The notes below the pieces were generated by a model. The model searched no databases. It was not told the origin of the DNA and saw only the letters and a list, made by a program, of their open reading frames with translations. From Camelus ferus (taxonomy: Eukaryota), in NCBI RefSeq assembly GCF_009834535.1, contig NC_045697.1, positions 25,298,001-25,362,000 of the forward strand: a stretch of DNA of 64,000 nucleotides, read 5' to 3'. Each line of letters begins with the position of its first letter. Position 1 is the stretch's first letter. The translations under genes and the position numbers were made by a program. Shown here one piece after another: positions 27,141-40,460 of the stretch.

Positions 27141-29035
27141 AATGGAAATGTCCGTTCAAGTTCTTTGCCCACTTTTTAATTTAATTGAGTTTTTTCTTTT
27201 CTTTTTTTGCTATTGAGTTGTAGATATTCTTGAATTATTTGGAAATTAACCCTCTATCTATGATTTGCAAATGTTTCTCTCATTCTATAGAGAGAATATT
27301 TGTGTTCTGTTACTTTTTTTACTCCTGTGCTGTGCAGAAACTTTTAGCCTTGATGTAGTTCCATTTTTACTTGTTTTGTTTATATTTTTGGTGTCATATC
27401 CATGAAATCATTGTCAAGACTAATATAAAGAAGCTTTTCCATTACATTTTCTTCTAAAAGTTTTTGCAGTTTCAGGTCTTATGTTTAAGGCCCTTAATCT
27501 ATTTTGAGTTGATTTTTATGAATAATGTAAGGTAGGGGTTCACTTTCTTTTTTTTTTTTTTTTTTTTTTTTGGATGTGGACATCTAGTTTTCTCAGCATT
27601 ATTGGTTGAAGAGAGTATCTTTTCCTCATTGTGTGTTCTTGGTTACTTGGTCAAAGATTACTTGACCACATATGTGAGGGTTTATTTATGGACTCTCAAT
27701 TCTATTTTACTGATCTTCATGTCTGTCTTTATGCCAGTACCATACTGTTTTGATTTCTGTAGCTTTGTAATATATTTTGAAATCAAGAAGGGTGATGCCT
27801 CCTGATTTGTTCTTACTGCTCAAATTCACTTTGTCCACTCTGGGATTTTTGTGGTTTTATAAGAATTTTAATTTTTTTTCTATTTCTGTAAAAAAAATGC
27901 CATTTAAATATTCATAGGGAGAGCATTAAGTCTTTAGATCACCTTGGGTATAATGAACATTTAAACAATATTAGTTCCTTCAATCCATGAACATGGGACA
28001 TCTTTCCATTCATTTGTGTCTCCTTTAATTTCTCTCATCAGTGTTTTGCAGTTCCCAGTGTATATCAGATATTTCTCCAAAGAAAATAAGCAAATGGCCA
28101 ACAGATATACTAAAAGATGCACAGCATCATTAATTATCAGGAAAATACAAGTCAAAACCATGATATTTTATTTCACCTGTTTGGATAGCTATTATTTTTT
28201 TTTTAAAGATAAGAACTGTAGGCAAGATTGTAGAGAAATTGGAACCCTTATATACTGTTGAATATAAAATGGTGCAACAGCTATGGAAAACTATCGTTTT
28301 CCTCAAAAAATTAAAAATACATCTACCATATGATCTAGCATTCCCACTCCAGGACATATATTCAAGAGAACCTAAATCAGAATCTTTACGAAACAGCTGC
28401 AGTTGCATGTTTGTTGCAGCACTCTTCACAATAGCCAAGATATGTAAATAATTTGAGTGTCCATCAACAGATACATGGATAAAGATAATTTGGTATATAC
28501 ATACAATGGGATATTATTCAGCCGTAAATGAAAGAAGTAAATTCTGTTCTTCACAACTGTATGGATGGACCTAGAGGCCATTATGCTAAGCGAAATAAGC
28601 CAGACACATACAAATACTGCATGATCCCACTTTATGAGGTATCTAAAATGGTCAAACTCTTAGAAGCAGGGGATACTGTACTGGTTGCCAGATGCTGGAG
28701 GGTGGGGGAGGTAGAGAATTGTTTCCATTAGTATAAACTTTCAGTCTTGCAAAGTGAATAGATTCTAGAGATCTTCTATGTAACATTGTGTTTGTAGCTA
28801 ACAGTACAGTTTTCAAAATATGCTAAGATGATAGATCACAGGCTGAGTGTTCTCACCTACAAATAAACAAAAAGAAAAAGACACAGGTAACTCCGAAGTG
28901 TATCAGCCATGTCTATTACCTTGATTTTGGTGATAGTATCACAGGTGTCTGCATATATCAAACTCATCAAATTGTACACATTATATATATATACACTTCT
29001 TTGTATATAAATTATGCTTCAATAAATCTGTTCGT
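27141..29035 (+). mobile_element. L1 (L1MA9-like) with 5' inversion
   Basis: 27141-28065 is antisense ORF2 (EWKDVPCSWI). 28066-29035 is sense ORF2 C-terminus (QMANRY...; MFVAALFTIAK) plus 3' UTR and AATAAA. Confidence 0.88.
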
Positions 29036-29650
29036 TTTAAAAGAACTATTAAATTAACCTTTTTATTTTTTTGTTTTTTGGGTTTTTTTGAGTCAGAATA
29101 CAAACATATTGAACATGGTTTCAAGAATCTTCCTGGGAGCCCTCTCACTGCAGAAACCCAAATACTGGCTTTTGAGCCAATCAAACTCTGGCTGTCAGTG
29201 GTGTCACAGACCCTGCACACCTCCCATTCCCCAAATTCAACTGGATTAGGCATATAGCTTACGTTATAATCCTTTGCTCTGAGCCAAACTCAAAGCCAAG
29301 GCTAGTGGTACAAGGAGGTCGGGATTGTTAGTTTTAAATCTTTGTTTACTTTTCAACAACATTTTTCTTCTGGGTGATGATCGAAGTTCTACAGGTGAAC
29401 AGAGCATCCAAGATGTAGAATGGTCCAGAACCAAGAGCCTGGAAAATGGTTCTCCCCAGCCCTATACTTTTGCAAGGTGAACTCTGTGGTTGCCCAGGGG
29501 TCAGTCTCAAGCAGGGTAGAAACCCACAGCCCTGGCATGGGCAGGCAGTGTGGCAATCACCTTGGTTTTTTTTTCCCCTATTATTATGGTAATATCTAAA
29601 AGGCTGAAGAAGGTTTAGGAACCGTTAAAGAGCTGAGATCAGGATTTAAA

Positions 29651-29776
29651 GAAAAAAGAGAGAGAGAGAAAGAGAGAAAGAAAGAGAGAAAGAAAGGGAA
29701 AGAAAGGAAGGAAGGAAGAAAGAGAGGGAGGAAGGAAGGAAGGAAGAAAGGAAGAAAGGAGGAAAGAAAGAGAAAA
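29651..29776. repeat. Pure-purine compound microsatellite (GA/GAAA/GGAA)
   Basis: About 125 nt containing only A and G. Confidence 0.95.
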
Positions 29777-31927
29777 CTCTTCCCTTTAAGAGTTTCTTTT
29801 TCAAGTTGACTCCCCTTAGCAATCTGTCAGCTTTTGTTCACATTTTTAAAGCTTTATTTTTGTGTTTTTGTCTTAAGTTTTAAATTGTGGTTGGTTGGAA
29901 GGATGTGTTCTTTTGGGCTTAGACTACCATGCTGAAACAAGAAGGAAGTCTGTTTCTTTACCTGTGAATTCATTCTCCATTAAGATATTAGGGGTTTTGT
30001 TTGTCTGTTTTTGTTAATAGCATGTATTTGGAGAAGCATCAGAAGCTTGACCTGTAAGGCTCTTCCTTCTGTCTTCTCTCTCTTCTCCCTAGTGAAGGCT
30101 TTCCTCCTACATCACACCTACATAGGTCCGGGGTGCTGAGGGGTAGAGAATGAAATGGACACTGTCAGACCTGCCTTTTCTTGTGATTATTGACTCTATA
30201 TACCAGGTGACTGGAATTTTGGGCCACTCAGTTATAATCTGAAGTGTGACTCTGGTAGCATTAATTTTCTGCCCTGGAGTGGCTAGTGGACAATAATCTG
30301 CTCAGGAGAATGTGTCTGTGTCTGTGAAGAAAAAGCCTCAATATCCACCTGATATCTTAATTGTCCCTCACTCAAATCCAGAGACTGACCCTGCTCAGCT
30401 CTGTACTGCCAGTTCTTTTCCTTGTTAGGTCAAAATGCCTTCTCTTTTCTCACGTGTTTTCCACTGGTTTTATTACAACTTCACAGTCTTACATTTTCCT
30501 CTGACCTCCAGAACATCCCTATGACTGGACTAGGAGCTTGTGTTCGTTTTCCAACTTGTCAGCAATAAGCATCTAAAGACTTACTTTTCATTATGTGATA
30601 AAGATATTGCAATAAATGTGACAAAGTTCAAGTAGTAAAGCAAAATTAGTTTGTTGGAAAAATACTCAGGTGATCATTACATGTTAGCTTTAATGAGGTA
30701 CTCTATTCTTTGAGACCCAATTGTTTTTACAGTTAGAAAACATCACGGCACTTTACTTTCTGTTAATTACAAAGAATTTAGTTTTGGAGATGAATACACC
30801 AAAAGCAGAATTCATAATTATCATAGTAAAATCTCCAGAGAATTTAAATAGGATATATTTCTAGACAAAATATTTCTCTTTAAATTAAAGTTTAAAATTC
30901 AATCTTTGATTCCGAGAGAAATGTCTGACTGGGCTTTTATGTAAATAATTTTAAAGTATTGTTGGTAGAACAAAGTTAACTATGGGCTTTTAGATCTCTG
31001 TGCCATTAGCAACAAAATGGGTAGTTAAATTTTGGCTACTCCCGAAATAACTAGTAATAATTATAAAGGCTAAAAAGATCAGGAAAAAAACAACAAAGGA
31101 AATATGATATTTTAATAATATAATACATTTCAAGTTAAAATTTTTATGAGCATAGTTATATAATGAAAAAAAATGAAATTACATTCAAACTGTAACTTGT
31201 TAAATAAACTATGACCTTGAAAATTTCCTATATAAAAGTTAATATTTTGAATTTTTATTCAAAGGATGGCAGCATATTTAAAATTATAAAAATAAGATTC
31301 CATGAGAATCAGAGTGAAACATTACAACATATACATGTATATACCATTTTGTGTGATTAGATCACATTTCATTCTGAGAACTAACTGAATTGAAGAATGC
31401 TTCCCATCAAAGACACATATAAGTCAACTTTAGATTCTTTTTAAAAGTAGTGTATTTTAAACAAGTATGTCACATTTGCAATGCTGTTTTCCTTATTATC
31501 TAAGCTTTTTCTTGCTTTTTAAGTTCATATCATTAGCTTGCACTCAGTGTTCAGTTGACCCTATTGAAAGCTATTTGGAGCTATGTCAGATATACCTTAC
31601 ATCTTAAATTTTACATTTCATTAAGTGATAAATATGAAAAAAGCATTTTTCCTTTTCATAACTCCATGTTAAGCTTTCACATTATTCCTTTTCTTCCCTT
31701 CATCTCTGGCTATATAGTAGCTATACACTAGACTACCAGAATGCCAGATTTGCTCACTGTATGCCTAAAAAAAACACAAAGATATCTTGTTTCAGAACTG
31801 TTTTAATCAGCACTATGTAAGCTCTCTGAATAATGCATGATTTCTCTATGGGGTCTCAATCCTTATCAGATCTCTTCAAGTATAGCACATTAGGTAACTT
31901 GCACTGGGTCTTATTAATTATATTCTT

Positions 31928-33017
31928 AATTTTTTATTGAAGTATAGTCAGTTTACAATGTTGTTTAATTTCTGATGTACAGCATAGTGATTCAAATATG
32001 TATATATATATATATTCCTTTCCATATTCTTTTACCTTATAGGCTATTACAAGGTATTGAATATTATTCTCTGAGCTATATGGTATGACCTTGTTGTTTA
32101 TCTATTTAACAGTAGTAGTTAGTATCTGTAAATACTGAACTCCCAATTTATCCCTCCAGCCCTGCCTTTTCCCCCTGGTAACCATAAGTTTGTTTTCTAT
32201 GTCTGTGAGTCTGTTTCTGTTTTATAAATGAGTTCATTTGTGTCTGTCTTTTTTACTTTTTTTTTTTTTCTTTTTTTTAAGATTCCACAGAGGAGTGATA
32301 TCATATGGTATTTTTCTTTCTCTTTTTGGCTTCCTTCACTTAGAATGACAGTCTCCAGATCGATCCATGTTGCTGCAAATGGCATTATGTCATTATTTTA
32401 TTCTTTTTTACAGCTGAGTAGTATTCCATTGTATAAATATACCACAACTTCTTTATCCATTCATCTGTAGATGGACCTTTAGGTTTCTACCATGTCTTGG
32501 CTATTGTAAATAGTGCTATTATGAACATTGGGGTGCATGTATCTTTCTGAATTAGAGTTCCCGCCAGATAAATGCCCTGGAGTGGGATTGCTGAATCTTA
32601 TGGTAAGTCTAATTAGTTTTTTGAGGAATCTCCATACTGTTTTCCATAATGGCTGTACCAAACTGCATTCCCACCAATAATGTAGGAGGGTTCCCTTTTC
32701 TCCACACCCTCTCCAGCATTTATCATTCATGGACTTTTGAATGATGGCCATTCTGACTGGTGTGAGGTGATACCTCACTGTAGTTTTGATTTGCATTTCT
32801 CTGATAATTAGCAATATTGAGCATTTTTTCATGCACCTATTGGCCATTTGTATGTCTTCATTAAAGAAATGTTTATTTAGGCCTTCTGCCAATTTTTAGA
32901 TTGGGTTATTTGTTTTTTTGTTACTGAGTTGTATGAGCTGTTTATATAGTTTAGAAATTAAGACCTTGTCAGTCTCAATGTTTACAAATATTTTCTTCCA
33001 TGCTATTGGTTGTCTTT
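31928..33017 (-). mobile_element. 5'-truncated L1 (artiodactyl/camelid-type 3' UTR)
   Basis: ORF 32479-32892 is the ORF2 C-terminal cysteine-rich domain ([27 protein letters not shown]). TSD TAATTATATTCTT (31915-31927) / TAAGTACATTCTT (33018-33030). Confidence 0.92.
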
Positions 33018-34939
33018 TAAGTACATTCTTTAAATGTCACTTTTCAAAAGTTGAATAAGAAAGCATTTTCACTACAATATCATAAAATGAGCAAATATAG
33101 TAAGTACAAGAACATACAAATTTGATTCACTTTCATTATTGTTAAGAAAAGTCATTTAAAATATTACATGAGATAAAAGTTAAACATCATGTCTTTTCAA
33201 TTTCATACTAGGGCACTCTAAAGGATTACTTAATTATATTAATTCAAGAATATATTTTTATTTGATTTGCTATTTACTATTCAGTTAGAGCCAAAACACA
33301 ATAAAGTTACATGTGTTCTACATCTTATCTAGCAGCGTTGCAAAAGATACCATCAAAGGCTACCTGATTTTTTGTTTATTTGTTTGTTTGTTATTCTTGT
33401 TTTGTTGAATTTTGGGTTTTGTTTGTTTCTAACTGGCATGTATAATTGTAACTATAGCAACAGTTTTGGATAATTGCAAGAGTTCATAAGATTCTCGAGA
33501 ACATATTCAAGTCTTGTAATAAAGGCAAACAATACAGGGCAGCAAAAGAAGGAGAGTTCAGCAAACTTTGGACGTGGTCCAGGAGACATCAAGGCTTATG
33601 CTCCCTGAGGTCCCTCTTATTTACACAAAGATATGCACAGCCTTTGGATTGAAATTTCAAGATTTGTGTAATGAACCTTACTCTCAGAGAACTTCACACA
33701 GATGTTGCCAGCAGTGTCTTTTATGTCTCTCTGGTCACTTAGCTAAGCCAAGTTGTTTAATCTGTTACTCCAGAAGAAAGTCATCCTTAAACAAATCCTC
33801 CTTATGCCAGGGGAGCTTCAGACTTTAAACAGGAGTATATCACAAATTATTAGTTAGTAAAGTAGGCCTATTTCAGCTAAGAATCAAACCAGATATCCCA
33901 GTATCTCCAGAGATAAGCATAGAGGTTTTCCTAGCTAACTATAAAATAACTCTATCCTGCATAAGAACATTAAACAGTTATAACCAACCCAGAAATCTTA
34001 TTTTTACAATGTCTTAATCCCTATAAATACCTATAAATACCGAAAGCTCAAAATATTCTTTATAACAGCTTTTCAGAATTGTAGTTTCCTCATTTATATG
34101 TTGATAATCTATGGCATGCACTTAATATTTTTATGTCACACATTTAAATTTTTAAAAATTAAATATGGAATTATATTTTATTTCAAAATCTTTTTTCCTT
34201 TGCCTGTCATTTTTTTTTCCTTCTTTCACTGCTTTTGATCTGCTTTATCAGATTTGCTTTATGTCATTTGATTAAGAGAAAGAGGTTCTCAGACTGTGTG
34301 TGATCCAAGCTCTCAGGTCCTTTATGAATGAGTTTCCAAATTATTTTTATAGAATATAATTACAAGAGGGAACTCAGTTTATTGAGGTTATTTCCTGGCC
34401 CTTGAGTAATTATGCTTCCATGAGACTGAGAATATTCTCCTCTACATTATCTAGAAGCAGAATTTCATAGGCATTGCATAAAACACACTGACAAAGTCTC
34501 TTACAAATTGCTTACAGCAGTTGCACTCATTTTTTTTTTTTCATCTTCAGTGTTAATCCCTATGCTATTCCAAGTGAATGACTTAAGAACTGAGGCAACC
34601 ATAATCCTTTTTTTCCACTTTAGCTTACTAGCCAGCACTGAGATGCTTACAGTGAGGACTTCTTTCTTTACTCAAAATCTCTCAAAGGACTGGGATTTTT
34701 CTTTACTTATTTACTGTTATTTTTCAACTATTAAGTAGGTGGGATATGGAGGTTAGTAGGCTCAGTGCTTTAAACTGATATGAAATATAGTATATTTATT
34801 TGTTACATAAAGTGGGTTTGGTTTTAGACCATTAAAATGTATCATTTTTGAATGGTTTTTTTTTTTTAGGATATGTTGAAAAATACAAAGTACATGAATA
34901 GACTGTGACCAAGAGATAAAAAATTTTTAAATTAAACAA

Positions 34940-35820
34940 TTTTTTCAGTGTCTCCTACATATAAGACATTCTTTTGGAGGCTTTGGACATAATATTGAAC
35001 AAAACACATAAAAGCTTTGCTCTCATAAAGCCCATAGCTACATGATAGGAAACAGAAAATGTATAGAGAAATAAATGTTTTTATTCAACTAAGGGTTATG
35101 AGGAAACATATTCCAGAGTAGGGAGGATAAAATACGTACATAGGAAGGGAAGGTACTGTGGTTTTTTGTGGGCTAGTAAATGAAGGTCTGTCTCAACGAT
35201 GTGACATTTGAGCAGAGACCTGAAGGAAGGGATGGTAATATCCTTGGAATTACCTCAGAGAAGAGATTCCAACCAGAAGGAAGTGTAAACACCCTGATGC
35301 CAGAGCATACTTGGCATGAGGCATGAACAAGGAGCAGTAAGGCAGCAAATAGCTAAGGCAGAGCACACAAGACAAAGGCTGGTAGGGGATCAGATCAGCG
35401 GAACAACAAAGAACTGAACACGTAGAGCCAATAGGCCAGTTTCAGAGATGGAAAGCCCCTGGAGAGTATAGAGTAGGGTAATTTACTTGGCTAACATGTG
35501 GAGAATGAACAGAAGAGGGTGAGGACAAAAGGAGAACAGTTTGGGTATTACTATAAGCAATGAGACAAATGGTAACTTGAACAAGAAGGCTGTTGGTGCA
35601 TTTGGTGAGAAGTAGTTGGGATCAAAATATACTGGAAAGATGGAGCCACAAAAATTTGCTTATAATTTGAGTGTAGGATATGAAACAAGATCAGCATAGA
35701 AAGATAAGTTTAGAATTTTGTGTTTGAGAAATCTGAAGGATTAAGCTTCCGTTTACTGAAACTGTTGGAGAAAATTTGAGCAGGTAGAGGGTGGATCAGA
35801 AGTATGCTTTTGTATAAGTA
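34940..35820 (-). mobile_element. L2 LINE 3' fragment
   Basis: GTGACATTTGAGCAGAGACCTGAAGGAAG and GGAAAGCCCCTGGAG motifs. Similar L2 pieces lie at about 7990-8700, 37400-38030 and 57135-57450. Confidence 0.7.
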
Positions 35821-38329
35821 TTAATCAGATTAATATCTCAGTGATATATATTTTAATTTTTTATTTTAATTCTTTTTTTTTTTTTTCTTTCAGGGAGAAT
35901 GAGAGACAAAGGGAGAGAAGGAGAGTGAAAGGAAAGGAAGTAGTATGAGAGAAAGAGTCATTGCTGAAAATGGGGATTCATGAAATAGTTTAAGTTAGAA
36001 GGATGATAGAAGTCAATCAAATTATTTTCCTACATCAGTATTTCTGGATAATCATGGGAAATTAGCTGATTTATTTGATTTATACAGAGACTTCTTTTTT
36101 GTAGGACTGAATACATTTTTTCTTTTTACAATTTTTGGCAATATCTTTAAGATCCACTTGACTATTTTAATTTAATAACACATTTCATGGATCAAAAGAA
36201 ATTTGGAAAAATCCATTTAATATTTACAATGGTAGCTGGGCTTGATCTTAGATTTCATTTTATAAGCTCATCTTTGCTTTGGGTAAAACTCATTTTCAGA
36301 GAAGAAGTGGTGGAAAGGAGATGATAATAATACAGAGATATTTCCTGTAAACTTCTATGGATGTCTTCACTGTTATTGATGAAAGCAAAGCTCTGATATT
36401 TGAGGTTATGAGTTTCTGAATTTATACACCGGGAAACCAATCTCCAAAGAACTACATTTTTACTAACATCCTTTGCAAAATAACACACACATTCACATAA
36501 AGGATTCCAGCTGCTTTGCTGAATTTTCCAACATCAGCTAAGTCAAGCACCCCACGAGTCACAGGTGACAGATAATGCTTGAACATCTGCTTGCTAACAA
36601 TATAATCTGGCTCATTTACTATCACCAGTTTCCTGGTATTGTGCCCACAGGAGATGTTCAATAAATACTGAATGAAATGCTTCTACCTGTTGAGAAGAAT
36701 AAATAAACCTATGAGGTGGGGGAGTAATAATGCCATGGCCTTTCTTTTTTCTTTTAGAAGAAACAGTGCAGGCCTTGTGAAATTTGTGAAATACATTGTG
36801 TTTTGATAATTTTGATAGCATGGTCTGAGTTTAGGATGAAGTCTAGTGCAGTTTACCCAGGAAATCTAAAATAGGTCAATGCCCCTGAGAAAGTTTCTTG
36901 GATTTGGAAGGACGATAATTTCAATTTCTGCTCAGTTTGTTTCCAGAGTAAGCAGTGATCCAAATGATTAAACTTCTACCACTGGGGATAGTTAGAATTC
37001 AGTTTCAGCTAGCTGTGAATGAGTCAACAAATTGCAAGCTGTTTGGCGTATTGCCCATAAGAACAGTTAGTTTTAAATGTTCTTAGATAAGGCTCTGAAA
37101 ATTCAATAAAATGAGGTGTATTATTTTTTCAAAGATGTAGCAAAACAGATTTTACGTTAAAATGTATAATCTTAAAGTGTTGTCGTTATATTTCAAAACC
37201 TTATTTTGCATAATCTAATATAAATCTTTATTTAAAAATCCTCCAAAATATTTTAATTATCTGTATCTTAACTTAAAAGTATAGGTAAAAATTACAGTAA
37301 CATAACATGCACTTTCTTTTCTAACCTTTTTCTGTTGTACCTTTAATACATATTAACTTCTCTCAGGCAATTATTTCCTAACTCTCCTTTCTCCAACACG
37401 CCACACACATACAGACTCCCTCTCATTCAGTTCTCTCTTTCTCAGGATTATCCTGCTTCTTGTTTAACCAAGAAAATAGAAGCTAATAGAAGTGAATGTT
37501 CATATTCTTCCATTATATTATCTAATAATCTACCTACATCTGTACCCATAATCCCTGCTTTCCCTCCTCTCAAGGTCTTACTGCTCATTAGTGCAATAGC
37601 CAACATTTGTATCATCATGTCATCCATGTCTCTGATTCGGCAATGATCTGTTCTTTCATTCATCATCAGTAGTACTCAGTAAGAATAAGAACAGATGGCA
37701 ACATCTTCTGTGATAAAAAATCTTTCCTAAACCCTAAACCCCTCCCATCACCCACTCAACTATAATCCCATCATCTGTTCTTTAGGGTAAAATTGCACCA
37801 AATATCTGCCTGTATGTGTTCTTTCTTGAGCACATTCCTATCCAATTTTGCCTCTTGAAATTTTTCTTACTGGGTCATCACTGACCTAATTAGGACATCC
37901 GAGAGTCAATTTTTACTCCTTATTTTACTCAACTATTTAACAGAATTTGATATAATTGACTTTTCATCTTTAAATATTTTACACACTGTGGTTTCTGGGA
38001 TATAGCAATTTTTTGGTTTACCTATTCCCTCACTTTTCTGTTTTGACCTGCAAATAGGTATTGGAATACATTTTTGAGAAACCTTCTACAGGTGGCAACT
38101 TCAGCTTTAGAAAAGATGAGGTGGTTTAATGATTCTGAGTACAAGAAAAGGGAGCTCTGAAAATAAGTTTGGTAATAAAATATAATTTAAAAAATTTGAG
38201 ATATGGACTGAAAAATTGCATTGGATTTTAAAACTAGAAGCTTGAGAACTTAGGGAACCCTGATACAGAAGATTGGTGCCTACAGAGTTTAGCGTGCTGA
38301 GGAAGAAAGTTCAGTCAGTAGTCTGTCTA

Positions 38330-38480
38330 GTAGTTCCCAGCATTAATGTGCATATAAATTACCATAGGGCATAGGTAAAGATTTTGATTTCATGGGTCCA
38401 GGTCAGCCTCCAGAATGCATATTTCTGAGAAGCTCCCAGATAATGATGATGCTGTAGTGTCTACGGACCACACTTGCATA
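38330..38480. mobile_element. MER5-like hAT relic
   Basis: GCATATTTCTGAGAAGCTCCCAGATAATGATGATGCTG...GGACCACACTT. Similar relics lie near 1036-1090/1785-1870, 5060-5250, 5430-5560 and 47257-47400. Confidence 0.6.
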
Positions 38481-38719
38481 CCTCCTTAAACCATACTTAA
38501 TATCCAAATAAAGACAATGAAATATTATAATTTCACTTGAGATGATTCAAATATCCTGCATGTAACCAAAAACATGCTTCCTTTCCCCAAAGTCCTGAGG
38601 GATTTTTACTCTTCTGCTTGATATCCTGTAACTTACATACTGCAATGTAAAGCTAACTGTTATTAATATTTCTTATGTTATATGGTAAGGAAATAAGAGA
38701 AGAAAACAAAATTGTTTAT

Positions 38720-40260
38720 ACACCCACACAGAACCATGTTCAAAACAAAAAAAGGGTGAACTATTACAATTCTCATTTATGCATCTGGTCATGTAGTCAT
38801 AGTCATAAAACGTAGTCATAGTTTTAACTTCCTTCTTCCACTACCTATTCTATATTCCTCTCAGCAAGCACATCAGCTTGTCATGGTTCTTTGCCTGATA
38901 AGGTGATCCAGAACTTCATTCCTGCAGGGCCACTAGCAGTCCTGCCTGAATTCGACTGTTGCAGATTTCCACTGACTATAACCCCGGGGTGTGGTAGCAC
39001 TAAGGGACTCTCCTCCTTAGCATGAGGAGCCCAAAGTGGCTGAGTGGCAGTCTTCACTTCTATAGACTCATTGTTGTGTCTCCCAGTGGAAGCATTCTTC
39101 CCTTTGGGACTAAGACCTCTACATCAACATAAAATAAGGTCATGGGGATAATAAGCAAAAATGTGCTAGTGGAAAACCAGGAGTAATAGTGAGAGATGCC
39201 ACTCCCATTTCTACACCGCGATTCCTGTACCTGTGAATCTGGCTGTTGGGAAAAGTAGCATTATATATTGCCCACTGATTTAGAGCATATAGCCTCCAAG
39301 AGAGCATTGCCCCAGCGCTACCAGCTATAGCCAACTACTTAGCATTGCAACCAAGTCTTCAATATGCTATTCCACAACTCAGTTAAGCCAGCTGCTTCAG
39401 AATAGTGGGCAACAAGGTAAGACCAGTGAATTCCATGAATGTGAGCCCTCTGTAACACATTGTTTGCTGTGAAATGAATTACCTGATCAGAAGCAATGCT
39501 GTGTAGAGTACCAAAATGGTGTATTAAACATTCTATAAGTCTATGGATGGCAGTCTGGGGATAAACACTGCATGTGGGGAAAATATTTATATCCAGAGTA
39601 AGTGTCCACTCCAGCAAGAACTAAATGTGGCTCCTTCCATGATGAAAATGGTCCGATATAATCAACTTGCTGTTAGTTAGCTGGTTGATCACCTTGGGGA
39701 ATGGTGCCATATCAGGGACTGTGTTGACACTTACTGCTGGCAAACTGGTTAGGAAGTGGATGTTGCCAGATCATCCTTGGTAAGTGGAAGTCCATGTTGC
39801 TGGGCCCATATATAACTCCTGTCCCTGTCATCATGACTACCTTGTTCGTAAGATCATTGGGCAGTAACAGGAGTAGCTGGGGGAAGACACTGACTGGTAT
39901 CCACAAAATTGGTAATCCTATCCACTTAAATATAAGATCCTCCTTTTCCAAAGTCACACAAATGGCGCACAAATGGGGCAAAAATGTTTTCACATTATTT
40001 GCTCATTCAAAGAGGTCTGCCTACATATCTGTCTCTTCCCCACACTGCCTTGTCACCAGATTTTCAAACATATTTCTTCCAAATCCAAGACCATCGAGCC
40101 AAACCATTGGTCACAGTTTATGGAATGATATAGATGCATACCCATGGTCGTTTCTCCTTCCAAGCAAGATGAATATCCAGTTTAACTGCTTGATTTGGCT
40201 CACTTAGAGGTTTTCCCTTCAAGATTGTCTCAGAAAGAGTCTCCAGTGCTGTAGTGCTGG
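38720..40260 (-). mobile_element. ERV-L internal fragment (RNase H/integrase and likely dUTPase remnant)
   Basis: ORF 39339-39617 reads HSIASDQVIHFT...HGIHWSY...EAAGLTELWNSILK, a decayed ERV-L integrase core. WAQQHGLPLTK zinc-finger region lies near 39780-39810. Confidence 0.85.
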
Positions 40261-40279
40261 AATTTCTTCTTCTTCAGGG

Positions 40280-40460
40280 AAACTGCAGTTCTAGGGTTAA
40301 ATCCTTTCAACTGATTGGATCAGGCCCATCCAGATGATCTACTTTAGTCCCCTTTACGTAGAATCCGTTGATTGTAGGTGTTAACCACTTACACAAAATG
40401 GTTTCACAGCGATGCCTAGATTAGTGAATACCTGGAGGCTATATCCTAGCCAATTACAGG
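40280..40460 (-). mobile_element. MLT2-like (ERV-L) LTR fragment
   Basis: TTCAACTGATTGGATCAGGCCCA...GTTAACCAC...CCTAGATTAGTG resembles the reverse complement of MLT2 and adjoins the ERV-L internal piece. Confidence 0.7.

Noticed and set aside
35870..35960. Strong polypyrimidine-CAG splice-acceptor-like site
   Set aside because: Followed by low-complexity purine sequence with no convincing exon or donor.
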